NCBI GenBank assembly: GCA_030295235.1
Contig: AP026172.1
Span: 806,001 to 870,000, forward strand
Direction of reading: 5' to 3'
Source: Fistulifera solaris
Taxonomy: Eukaryota
Length of the DNA stretch: 64,000 nt
How positions within the stretch are numbered: the stretch's first letter is position 1; each line of letters starts with the position of its first letter. The position numbers were made by a program, and so were the translations under genes. Under the pieces are notes generated by a model. The model was not told the origin of the DNA and made no database searches. It saw only the letters and a program-made list of their open reading frames with translations. Of the stretch, positions 39,241 through 50,678 are shown in pieces.

Positions 39241-41133
39241 CTAGCAACTATTCAAGGTCTCATTTCGGTACACCCTCAGAATATCGTCCAGTTTGGTAGT
39301 TATCAGCTCGGCAAACAAACTGTTTGCCCAAGCAAAGGATTTTCTTGAAAAGGTAGATGGTTTCGTGGAACGAAAACTTTCGTGCATTAGATTGTTTTTG
39401 GCCGTTCTAGCCAATGTACTGACCGCTTGTCGCAGCTCGGCATCACTTTCAGCCGTCAGTGCCCGTAGAATGATTGCCATATGCCAAATGGACGATTTAG
39501 CTGTGTGCGGAGAGCCAATTCCTTCGTTGGTGCAACCATCGGGTCCTTCGCCAGAATAAAAGTAGGGGTTACTTTTTGACAAGCTGAATTTGCGTGTATT
39601 CTTCTGTATTTTCTGATCGGGATCATATTGAGGACTTGAATATTCTAAATATTCGAGGGAGAGTAATGAAGGCACATTGGCGTCGTCCATGAGGTTGTTT
39701 CCACCGCACGCATCAACTTCGTATGCATATATTTTGCCAAACTCGTCATGTTGAATGACGCCATGGGCGTGGATACCCTTGTCAATCGACTCGGCCAGCT
39801 CTTCACATTGCTGAGCTCGGATATCGTCTTCCATAGAGCGGAAAATGTCGGCTGTCTGGCGCAATGATACCGCCATCATTTGATTCGCCGGAATGAGATA
39901 ACCGAACTCTGTTGGATCATCAGAAGGCCGAAAACCCACCCAAACCAGTCCATCACCTTTACAAACAGGCTGCCCTTTACCGTTGTGCTGGAGTTCGGGA
40001 TATCGATACGGTGACTCGGCATGATTCTGTTCTCTCACCACCGTTTGTAAAATCAAATCCACTCCCCGAATCCAATTTGAATCTAAAGCCAGCATCGGTC
40101 GGTTGTTGTGTTGGTAAAACTGAAACAACTTGTGCGACAACCGCAAATGATACGCCAGATTATCTAATTCAAAATTGTGCATGGCGACGTGAATGGTTCG
40201 ACCGGATTGGTAGTCCCAGTCCGTCAACCGCTGCTTGTGCACAAAATCGAAATCTAAAAACAGCCGAAAGGACGTAGCATATGGGTCGGCTTGTATGAAT
40301 AAGGACTGTCGTCGTAAAAGTCCCTCCACGAGATGCAGCAGATAGTCGGATTGCGACAAGAGAGGAATGTAGGGATGAACTTGTGCGGAGGAGTCTCGCA
40401 ACCACATGAGTTCAATGTCTCCCGTTATGACATATGTGGTTCCATCCGACAAGGGAAACGTCGTCTGTTCGAGTGTGAAGGCGTACGAATTGTCAAAAAT
40501 GTCCGCTAACGTGTCCAGCCTTGCCTGACGGAGTTGATGACTGATATGTTGTTGATGCCGTCGGAGAGGAGCAGGAACAACCAAGTTCCCCACTTGCATC
40601 CCGATATGTTGCAACTGCTGTCTTAGTTTTTGTTGATACGTTTCCACATCTGGTGCTAGTTGAAAGTCTTTGACCTGTGTTTTGGCCTCCTCAAAAACGA
40701 TTTGATGATATTTTTGATACAAAGGATCGTGTGTATCTTCCCAGAAGATTCCATTCGATTGATAGCGATATTGATGTTCCGCTGCAACGCCAGCGGGTAA
40801 TCCGAAGAAATAGGATGGTTTTGTATTGTTCGCCCTAACGGCGTGCCCGAAAGTGTATCCGATAGGTGTCACTTGAGATGATAAAGGGCTCATTCGAAGG
40901 TCAGTCAACGATGATGTTGCCTTCTTGGGTTTCGCCTTTGCTCGTAACTGGAATCTCTGCGAAACTCTAACACGGGTTTTCTCTATATAGGCCGCATGAT
41001 CAAACAAGACACCGAACAAGAAGATCAAAACGGTGATCCAAAACAGCAGCAATCCACCGCATACAATTATAGCCAGCGTCACACACCTCGATCGATAGGG
41101 CTTGCGCTCATGGCGTTTCCACAATCGTCTCAT
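39241..41133 (-). CDS. Glycoside hydrolase family 125 (metal-independent exo-alpha-1,6-mannosidase-like) with type II membrane anchor
   Basis: TGDI..MWLRDSSAQ, GFRPSDD, YAYEVD, MDDANVPSLLSL, GIGSPH, MHESF, FAWANSLF; N-terminal TM helix. Confidence 0.93.
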   Translation of the reverse strand: MRRLWKRHERKPYRSRCVTLAIIVCGGLLLFWITVLIFLFGVLFDHAAYIEKTRVRVSQRFQLRAKAKPKKATSSLTDLRMSPLSSQVTPIGYTFGHAVRANNTKPSYFFGLPAGVAAEHQYRYQSNGIFWEDTHDPLYQKYHQIVFEEAKTQVKDFQLAPDVETYQQKLRQQLQHIGMQVGNLVVPAPLRRHQQHISHQLRQARLDTLADIFDNSYAFTLEQTTFPLSDGTTYVITGDIELMWLRDSSAQVHPYIPLLSQSDYLLHLVEGLLRRQSLFIQADPYATSFRLFLDFDFVHKQRLTDWDYQSGRTIHVAMHNFELDNLAYHLRLSHKLFQFYQHNNRPMLALDSNWIRGVDLILQTVVREQNHAESPYRYPELQHNGKGQPVCKGDGLVWVGFRPSDDPTEFGYLIPANQMMAVSLRQTADIFRSMEDDIRAQQCEELAESIDKGIHAHGVIQHDEFGKIYAYEVDACGGNNLMDDANVPSLLSLEYLEYSSPQYDPDQKIQKNTRKFSLSKSNPYFYSGEGPDGCTNEGIGSPHTAKSSIWHMAIILRALTAESDAELRQAVSTLARTAKNNLMHESFRSTKPSTFSRKSFAWANSLFAELITTKLDDILRVYRNETLNSC

Positions 41134-41840
41134 CAACCCAATAGTGTTGTTTGGAGTGTATGAAGTAGAAGCAAAGGTATGTTACGAGCGAGAATGATAA
41201 TCAAATTCAGACATTTTGAACGGTTTTTTCAAATGGCTGTGCACAATGAACCACGCGGTACGCGAGAAGACCTTTTTAGGGGAGCAAAGTAAGTTACGGA
41301 GTACAACACGATCCTTATTTTTTTTAACACGATCCTTATTATTATTTGTCAGAGTTGTGCGTACCAGTGAGTTGGTCGTCGCGAATCCGTGACTCTAGAG
41401 AGAGAGAGTGGTAAGACAAAAATCGTTTTTGAGCGGTAGTAGTATCTGGTAAAAAGTATGGAATCTTTTTGAAAACACGCAAAATCAGAATCTATGCATC
41501 GCATGCATCGACATGTCGTTCGTATACTTTAGTAACGGAGATTGCTCGATCGCATGTGAAATGTCAACTAAGGCTCTCTAGTGAAAAGAGGCGGATGGCA
41601 TCACCGCATTTTGGTCTACGAAAAGCTAAATGCGACTCAGCTTTGTTAGTGTTATGACTAATCGTTATGAATTTTTACTCGGGTGATTTTCGCTTATGAA
41701 GTATGTAAATCTTTCTGCTTGGGTTATGAACGGACAATAATGTGATTATGAAAGAAGGGGGAAGGGTCCCTCCACTTGTGTGCTCCGGACAGGAGTGGTG
41801 TTATGAATCAATGTTCCTGTACCTGTGTGTGTTATGAAAC

Positions 41841-43314
41841 TTATGTTGGGCCACGGTTGAAAAATGCGGATGTTAAAAAGTCGATCGTGTCATCATCAAG
41901 TCGTTGACTCAGGGAATGTAAAGAGTTATCGACCAACGCATCGTCCTCGCGGGCAATGCGTGGGGTGCTACTTGGGAGATGACTCGCTGAGGATGGACTG
42001 GAAAACACTCGTCTTTCTTGGGCAGCATGGTGAGTAGCTGGATTATGAAAATAAATTCCACCTGGAGGAGGTGGAGGAGGGTGATATGGATGAGGGTTGT
42101 TATGTCGAGATGGTTGCAAAGAAGGAGGCTGCATACGATTCTGATACGTGGAATATCCCCAAAGATCTTGTGAGGCATGACCACCAAAATTCCGACCGGT
42201 AGGGCGCAATAGAGCAGGAGGCGCAGGGAGCATGTGACCGGGGAATCGAGCCGAATGGAGGGAAGGACTGTGCGGATCGCCAAATAAGGAGGCACGAGTC
42301 CGGCGCAAATCCTCTAGCTCCCTCTGAATGTTGGCCATGTCATTCGCCAAACGGGAATGCGAATGGGCCACCTGGCCTGGAGAATTGATCGGACTACTTT
42401 CTGCGGAAAAAGGAAGACCCTCCATGGTTGTGATGGCAGGAGAGCCAGGAAGGAATGGCTCATCCAAATGACTGGGATGGAATGTACTCTCCGAAGCCTC
42501 CGTAACAGAATGATGTCGCCGTGCATCCAATTGTATTGTTAATTCGGATGCTGCGGTTCGAGTTGATTCGTCGTTAAGGGTATCAATATACTGTGGAACT
42601 GCTGGCTTCTTTGTCGCTTCGGAGTGATCTGATTCCTCGGCCACGGAAGATCGAAACCAAGTAGCCGGATAGGCGCCACCTTCCACTGGTTCTAGACTCA
42701 GCATCGACTTGTCCGACGGCACTGATGCAACAGAAGCCACCGACATGGTAGATTCGTGCTTGCTTTCACTCTTCGACTCTGGACTATCCTTCGTTTCACT
42801 CTTTTCCATCTTTTTCTGTTCGATACGCCATTGTGCGACAGCTTCATCATACTTTGCCTTTTCTCGCCCCGCTATATCCAAATATGGTGCTTTAGACGCA
42901 GGATCGAGCTCGTTCCATTTGGCAGCAATTGACTTGGCCAAATTGGCGAACCCGATACCAAGGGACACCCTCCTCCTCCTCCGTTTCTTTTTCACAGGCT
43001 TTCCGTCCGAAGGGCCTGCTGGTTCGGGGCCTGTCTGGTCAGGTAATCTTTGTGCAAGTTGTTGGTTCGCCTCTGGACTAGCAGCTGTGCCTACAGAACC
43101 AAGTATGCGTTCCCTTTCGTCCTTAAAAAACAAATTATATGCACTGAGCGGTCGCTTTGGCATATCTTTTGGCTTTTCCAAGGTACGGCAGGAGATTTTC
43201 GCTTACGTTTCGGCGGTGCCTGTGCATCTGATCCGTGTGGATCATTGACTGTTTTGGCTTTCGACATGCTATCCATTGGCGTACAACTATTCGTCTGACC
43301 AGACTGCCCCCCAT
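41841..43314 (-). CDS. HMG-box protein (split box) with long disordered C-terminus; frameshift near 43178, start uncertain (43314 or 43276)
   Basis: KPKDMPKRPLSAYNLFFKDERERIL...GIGFANLAKSIAAKWNELDPASKAPY. Confidence 0.88.
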
Positions 43315-44653
43315 TGTTGGAGTCGAGGATGAGGTTGTGAGGCCGCTAAACTCGAAGGCTTCGATGATATCGGAGGATTTTCTCATCAAGACAAAAGCAA
43401 GAAAAACGTGACACTGGAAAGATGGACGTTGGATTTTGCTTAGTGCCCTGACGGTTTTTATCATAGCCCCTTAGAATAGGTTAAGCCTTTTCTCCGGTAA
43501 GTACTGGTAAAGGGCAATAATTAAAGCATTTAGTCACTTAGGACACCGATTTGTGGGAAATCGCTAAAATGACATACCGAACGAGCAAAGAAAAGAATGA
43601 GGCCCTGTAGTACTAGCGCAGATATCCGTTGACTGGAGTACATAAGATTATATAGTGTGACGACATAATCCCCGATCGCCTAAGGTTTGGGCGTAATAAG
43701 TAACGCAATCACGCATTAACTTTAACGTTGAGAGTTAAAGAATAATCCACAATTGACCACGATCACTGACTTGCCATTAATTGTTTATTTATAAATCCCG
43801 GTAAATCCGACATCGTTGCATGATTGAGGAGATTAACGGTGCGCAAGTCAATACTTGTACAGTAAGCAAAGTGAACGCCTCCATCTCTCACTCTCTAAAG
43901 CTTCTTTCCTTCGATACGCCTTCGTCTATCGATCATCAAAGAACAGATCTATCATAACAAAAACACTCTACGGAAGAGATACGACTCTGATCTACACAGA
44001 CGAAGCATATGGATAGTCTTTGCTCTCATCAAGCCTCAACACCTGTTCAAAGCTAATACTCCGGAGTATCGATCAGGGAAGTCTTTGCGAACGGCTCGAT
44101 CCTTGTGAACCGATGAAAACTATTATTCAATTGATAAAAGAATCTTGATACCAACCGACTGATCCTATCGCATTAACGTACAGTTGTCGTTTACCTGGTA
44201 TGGAGGTTATGCGCTCCAACATGTTGCATATTGCAGTTTTTCCACGCTTTGTATGGCATTGACTTAGCAATACGTTGTGAGTAGTCGTACTTTATAAATT
44301 GCACAAGATAATTATTTTGTATGTTTTCGTTTACACTAGACTAAATCCTTTTTTCATCAAGTAACAAGAAACATTGGCGGATGGCGGAAGGACAGGGTGC
44401 CGTACTCCGGGCGGGGGACCGGTACGGTAGGTACCCGGTACCAGTGAGTCCGACCACCGACCACTCTCTACTCTCGGTACCAGGTAACTTGCTTTTTTCT
44501 TCCACTTTCCACGTCATCATCGCCATCGCCATGAGGCATGATGATGCGCCTAAATTGGAAGTCCTTCTTTTCGAATTCAGACGAAACCACTTACAGTACA
44601 ATTACAAGGAATCTAATTGAAATAATTCAAAACAGTGCACACTGCTTTGCATC

Positions 44654-45639
44654 ATGGGAATAGTGACATCGAAGGATAGCGCTCCGAAATGGTTCGGAGG
44701 ATTTGCGGCGCAACTTCCTGATTTAAAAGGAAAAACCATCGCGATAACCGGTTGCACAACAGGCTTAGGCTACGTCTTTGCGCGCACTTGCATTGAGAAA
44801 AATGCTTCCGCGGTGATTCTGCTCAACCGATCCTCCGAACGAGCCGAAGCTGCGGAAAAGTCATTGAAAGACATAGCCAACTCGGACACGACTGTCGTCG
44901 AAACGATCACTTGTGATCTGCAAGATTTTGCATCTGTACGAAAAGCGGCGGCTCAGTTGAAAGAAAAGTACGACTCCTTGGACGTTTTATGTAATAATGC
45001 CGGAATCATGGCGTTTCCTGATGAAGCGACCGTCGACGGCTACGATGTTCAGATGCAGACGAACCATTTATCACATTTTTGCTGACGAAAGAACTTTATC
45101 CCTTATTGCAAAAAGCGAAACAAAGACACGGGTCGGCTCGTATCGTGAATCATTCTTCGTTTATGCGGAATCGACCTCAGACACCTCTCGAAAAGAAATA
45201 CATGGAAAAGAAGGGTGGCGAACTTGGAGGATCAGCCTCTGTTGCGATGTGGGAAAGATATCATCAAACCAAGCTCGCCAACTCCGTTTTTACATGCGCT
45301 CTACAAGATCGTCTCAAAGGATCTGGTATCCTTGCCACTGTTGCGGCACCGGGGTATTCCTATACGGACCTGCAATCCACTTCTCCTGGTATGACTGGCT
45401 TGCTTTGGTCCAGAGCGTTTATGGCACAATCGGTCGCCGATGGATGCATGCCATTATTGGCTGCCGCATTGCTTCCATCATCAAGCACAACCGAAAAACC
45501 CATGATCTGGGAGCCAAGTCGTATGCGGTTGACGGGTCCGGCTGCTGAATATGAACTGGAAGTATTTTCAACAAAGAAGGAATATCAAGACATGTTGTGG
45601 GCTGCCTCCGAAGAAGAATGTGGAAAGTTTGACATCTAA
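44654..45639 (+). CDS. Short-chain dehydrogenase/reductase (RDH/WWOX-like), copy 1; one frameshift near 45080
   Basis: TGCTTGLG, LDVLCNNAGIMA, DGYDVQMQTNHLSHF, catalytic YHQTK; MGxxxSK N-terminus. Confidence 0.92.
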
Positions 45640-46139
45640 GACAGATAGAACATGTCGGCTCATCTTATGGCAGGCTCCTGAAAGGTCAGAATATTTTACG
45701 AGAATACCTCATCCACAGAGAGTTACAGCATTCATTCAGTTTAGTTCCTCACAAGCTTAACGCGACCACAGTGTATAAAGGTGTCAAAGCTAACACGTCA
45801 ACCATCATGCACGAACGTATAAAACTTAGATTATGTACGGAGTATACGAACTGATTAGGACACGTCAGGCCTATGGCCGGTTTTCTCAACTCGAGAATCT
45901 AAAGGATACACGACACCAGAAAGAAAAATTCGATAAATGGGGCAATGGTTACAACCAAGAGTGATTCACATTTTCCGAGTTTCGAACTTCGATTTAAGAA
46001 ATGGAAAATGGAATTCCGGAAGAAGCGACGGATTCTCAACACTCTTTGACCGTCAAAACAAAATTAGAAAAGAATAGGTAAACAAAAAATAGAATAGGTA
46101 AACACAAAAAGTTCGTTCCAATCGAGTAATATACAAATC

Positions 46140-47123
46140 ATGGGAATTGTCACATCCAAAGAAAGTGCACCGAAATGGTTTGACGGTTTCGCGGAGCAAC
46201 TCCCCGGATCTGCAAGGAAAAGTGGTTGCCATCACCGGCTGCACGACCGGACTCGGTTACATCTTTGCGCGCAAGTGCGTTCAGAAACATGCTGCTGCGG
46301 TGATTTTGTTGAATCGCTCTTCCGAACGAGCCGAAGCTGCGGAAAAGTCTTTGCGGGAAGTAGCCAGCCCCGATACTACCGTTGTCACCATCACATGCGA
46401 TCTCCAAAACTTTGGCTCAGTTTGCAAAGCGGCGGCCCGCATTCAGGAAGATTACGATGCCTTGGATGTCTTGTGCAATAACGCCGGAATCATGGCCTTT
46501 CCCGATCAGGCCACTGCAGACGGCTATGACGTGCAGATGCAAACCAATTTCTTGTCTCATTTCTTGTTGACGAAAGAATTGTTTCCGTTGTTGCAGAATG
46601 CCAGGACACGACATGGTTCGGCCCGTATCGTAAATCATTCGTCTTTTGTTCGTTTTCGCCCTAAAACACCCTTCGACACGAAGTATCTGGAGAAAAAGGG
46701 AGGTGACTTGGGTGGTTCCGGCTCCATGGCCATGTGGGAGCGGTATCATCAATCGAAATTAGCCGTCGCTATCTTTGCTAGCGCATTGCAGAATCGTTTG
46801 AAAGGATCGGGTATCGAAGTAACCGTGGCAGCTCCCGGGTATTCGTATACAGATTTACAATCCAGTTCTCCTGGTATGAGCGGATTTCTTTGGTCCAGAG
46901 CCTTCCTGGCGCAATCGGTTGCCGACGGATGCATGCCTTTATTGTCGGCAGCCTTTTGCCATCCTCGAGCACTCACGATAAATTGAAGATCTGGGAACCT
47001 CGTCGTTTCCGACTGTCGGGTCCTGCCGTCGAATATGATTTAGAAGAAATGTCCACAAAAAAAGAGTATCAAGATAGACTGTGGGCAGCCTCCGAAGACG
47101 CTTGCGGGAAATTTATTTTGTAA
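46140..47123 (+). CDS. Short-chain dehydrogenase/reductase, copy 2; frameshifts near 46205 and 46955
   Basis: TGCTTGLG, NNAGIMA, YHQSK. Confidence 0.92.
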
Positions 47124-47818
47124 ATAATTTGTGTTTTCGATCGCTTGTGCGGCGAACGCTTCGTTGACTGCTATCAGCGTATGACTACTTTTGATCGTTC
47201 ATCATCACTGTACTGCTGGTAAGCTTTGATGGTCTTTTAATGAATGCTCCGTAGATTGCGTTATGAATGTTTGACATAATATCATGTCAAATACTCTAGT
47301 ACTCCGTAAAATGAATACGCAGTATAAAGCGACAAGAAAAGGAGCTCATTTGTTTAGGGTTCGAGATGACTGATTTGTAGCGAAATTGACCAACGGAAAC
47401 TATCACTATCCGTTAGAATGTAAATGGTCTTTGGCTCTCAACCAGAATGTTCGCCACCCAATCACAGTGGTCCAGAATGTGAACTAATCGACTTCCGGCC
47501 TAAAAAAGGGAAACCAAAATCAAAAACTCAAACCGAACGATGAATGAATAAAGCCACGTAAATGGACAATGCTCCGATTATGACAAGACCTACAATTAGA
47601 ATATCAATAGTCTGTTAAGAATTCGTGGCTGTATTAGGTTGAAAATTGCCGATTCTGTGATGACTCTCGATGACGAGACCAATTCCCCCTATCAATGATT
47701 CGCAAGATGAGAATCATTCCAATTCGCATAGAAGGAATTCGACAACGATGATTCAGAAAACAATCCCTCAAGATTCAATTGTGTGAGAAGATCATAATCA
47801 AAGATTAGATTTTACAGC

Positions 47819-48789
47819 ATGGGATTGATTTCATCGAAAGACAACTCATCTTCCTTCGAAGCCTTTGTCGAACAGCTGCCCGATCTAAAAGACAAAGTCA
47901 TTGCTATTACGGGTTGTACAACCGGTTTGGGTTATGTGTTTGCAAAAACGTGCGTCCAAAAGAACGCAGGTACTGTACTTTTGTTGAACCGCCCGTCGGA
48001 GCGTGCGAACAAAGCCCAAGAGTCACTCCAGGCCATCGCCACATCGACTCAGGTCGAAACGATTGAGTGTGACTTGCAGGATTTTGCGTCCGTACAAGAG
48101 GCAGCTGCACAAATAATAAAAGAAAAGTTTGAAGCATTGGATATCTTATGCAACAATGCTGGCATCATGGCAGTTCCCGACCATGCGACAGTCGATGGCT
48201 ACGACCTACAGATGCAAACCAACTATCTGTCGCATTTTTGCTGACCAAAGAGCTGATGCCATTACTCAAAAAAGCACAAGAACTACGGGGCGAAGCTCGG
48301 GTTGTGAATCAGTTGTCGTTGATGCGAATCATACCGTACACGAATGTAAAGGAAGAATTCCTCGAGAAGAATGGTGGCAATCTGGGTGGGTCGGGTTACA
48401 TTGCGAGTTGGAGGAGGTATCATCAGAGTAAACTGGCACACTCTATTTTCGCTTGTGCGTTGTGGGATCGTTTGAAAGGAAGCGGTATCAAAGTAACGTC
48501 GGCGGCACCAGGATATGCTTCCACCAACATCATGTCAACGACACCGGGTTTCAATGGTTTACGCTGGTCCCGAATTTTGGCGCGATCGCCGGAAGATGGT
48601 TGCATGTCTTTGTTATCGGCAGCGTTTCGCCCCGTCAAGGAAGACAAACCGACGGTTTGGGAACCGGGTCGCTTGCGATTGTACGGTCCTGCTGTTGAGT
48701 TTGAGTTGGAAAAGACATCCACGAAAAAGGAGTTTAAGGATATGGTGTGGACAGCATCCGAAGAGGCGTGCGGGATGTTTACTCCTTAA
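47819..48789 (+). CDS. Short-chain dehydrogenase/reductase, copy 3; frameshift near 48238
   Basis: TGCTTGLG, NNAGIMA, YHQSK. Confidence 0.92.
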
Positions 48790-49197
48790 CACGACAGAGA
48801 GTCTTTTTCAATTGATCACTCTTCGGTTGTTTTTGCTGCGTGTAATGACATTTATCAGCAAGCGACGGCATCAAGCGGGAATGTTTAGAAGTATGGGGTT
48901 CAATTCATAGCTAATGTTTTAAAACGCGTACGTGTAAGAGATAGCATTAGTAGGATAAGTTCGAAAGAGCACATAGCGCCGGAAAAAGGCGCCCATTTCG
49001 CCACGGATGACTCGCATCTTGAAACCTCGAAATTTTACTAACACCAAATTGTAGTTCGATTTTCTCCAGGACTGCTTGTCGCATTCAGTCACGCGTACTT
49101 CATTCGACGCAAAAAATAACTACGGCAATGCGAAGAAAACAAAAGAAGAGTTGCTCTTTTGTGTGTTTGTAAAGGAACTCGATCACACACATAAAGT

Positions 49198-50194
49198 ATG
49201 GGGATTGTGTACTCAAAGGAAATAAAAACGAAATGGTTCGGAGGATTTGCGGCGCAACTTCCTGATTTAAAAGGAAAAACCATCGCGATAACCGGTTGCA
49301 CAACGGGCTTAGGCTACGTCTTTGCGCGCACTTGCATTGAGAAAAATGCTTCCGCGGTGATTCTGCTCAACCGATCCTCCGAACGAGCCGAAGCTGCGGA
49401 AAAGTCATTGAAAGACATAGCCAACTCGGACACGACTGTCGTCGAAACGATCACTTGTGATCTGCAAGATTTTGCATCTGTACGAAAAGCGGTGGCTCAG
49501 TTAAAAGAAAAGTACGACTCCTTGGACGTTTTATGTAATAATGCCGGAATCATGGCGTTTCCCGATGAAGCGACCGTCGACGGCTACGATGTTCAGATGC
49601 AGACGAACCATTTATCACATTTTTTGCTGACGAAAGAACTTTATCCCTTATTGCAAAAAGCGAAACAAAGACACGGGTCGGCTCGTATCGTGAGTCATTC
49701 CTCGTGGTTTCGAAAAATCCGCCTTCGCGTTTCGATCCAATGTACTTGGATCGAAAAGGTGGGCAACTCGGAGGTAACAGTTATTGGGCCTACTACCAAC
49801 GCTATCATCACTCAAAACTCGCCAACGCCATTTTTACATGTGCCTTGCAAGATCGCTTAGAAGGATCCGGAATTGAAGCCACGGTAGCTGCTCCCGGATA
49901 CGCCGCGACGGAACTTTGCATTCATCGCAAGGACCGGCTCTATTTAGTTACGCAGTGGTTTGTAATCTTATGGCTCAATCGGCCGAAGACGGGTGTATGC
50001 CGCTTTTAGCAGCGGCGTTTTTGCCTTCTAATTTTAATCAGAAGAGACCCATGATATGGGAACCCAGTGGATTCATGACGGCGGCGGGACCAGCTGTGGA
50101 ATACGAACTTACGTCGATTTGTACGCAGAGGGAAGATCAGATCATGTTGTGGGAATCTTCGGAAGCGGCTTGTGGAAAGTTCGTAATTTCATGA
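49198..50194 (+). CDS. Short-chain dehydrogenase/reductase, copy 4; frameshifts near 49715 and 49918
   Basis: TGCTTGLG, NNAGIMA, YHHSK. Confidence 0.92.
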
Positions 50195-50304
50195 CTCTGC
50201 CTGGATTTTTTCAAGAAATAGAAAATAGAATAAGAACCAGTTTTGAACACGATCATGTTCACACACGTGACACACGTGAGTATAAGTAGAACTCAACCCA
50301 CCTT

Positions 50305-50565
50305 GACAGAAAATCTGGGCTTGTGAAGTACCCAGAAAATCTGGGTGTTTGGTGTCTTAACGTGCCTAAGAAAATCTAGGCGTGTGATGGCTTCACATAC
50401 ACAGCAAATCTTGTTGTGTGGTGTAAATCTGGGCAAGCGGTTTATCACATTCCCAGAAAATCTGCGGATGTAGTGTCATTACGTCCCCCAAAATCTGAAT
50501 GTGATTTTTCACTCTCCCAGAAAATCTGGGCAGGTGGTTTTTTCACACTCCCAGAAAATCTGGGC
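50305..50565. repeat. Degenerate tandem array of ~9 palindromic units, core CCCAGA-AAA-TCTGGG
   Basis: Cores at about 50307, 50331, 50365, 50401, 50425 (half), 50452, 50486, 50516 and 50550. Confidence 0.85.
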
Positions 50566-50678
50566 GAAGGGTCTTTTGACGACGCTCTCAGACTGAGAAC
50601 ATTCACGTCCTTCTTTTTCATCGCAGCCCAGCATTCTAATACGGAGTAGCAATCAATGAAATCTGCTTTTTTTTTGAT

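Noticed and set aside
41306..41340. 15-bp direct repeat AACACGATCCTTATT x2
   Set aside because: Isolated local duplication with no inserted element between the copies.
43400..44600. Possible hidden gene or TE in a long intergenic stretch
   Set aside because: No recognisable translation, terminal repeats or RNA-gene signature found by eye.
50305..50565. CRISPR array
   Set aside because: Eukaryotic context, no cas genes, only ~15-bp degenerate repeats, and linkers that are short, uneven and similar to one another.
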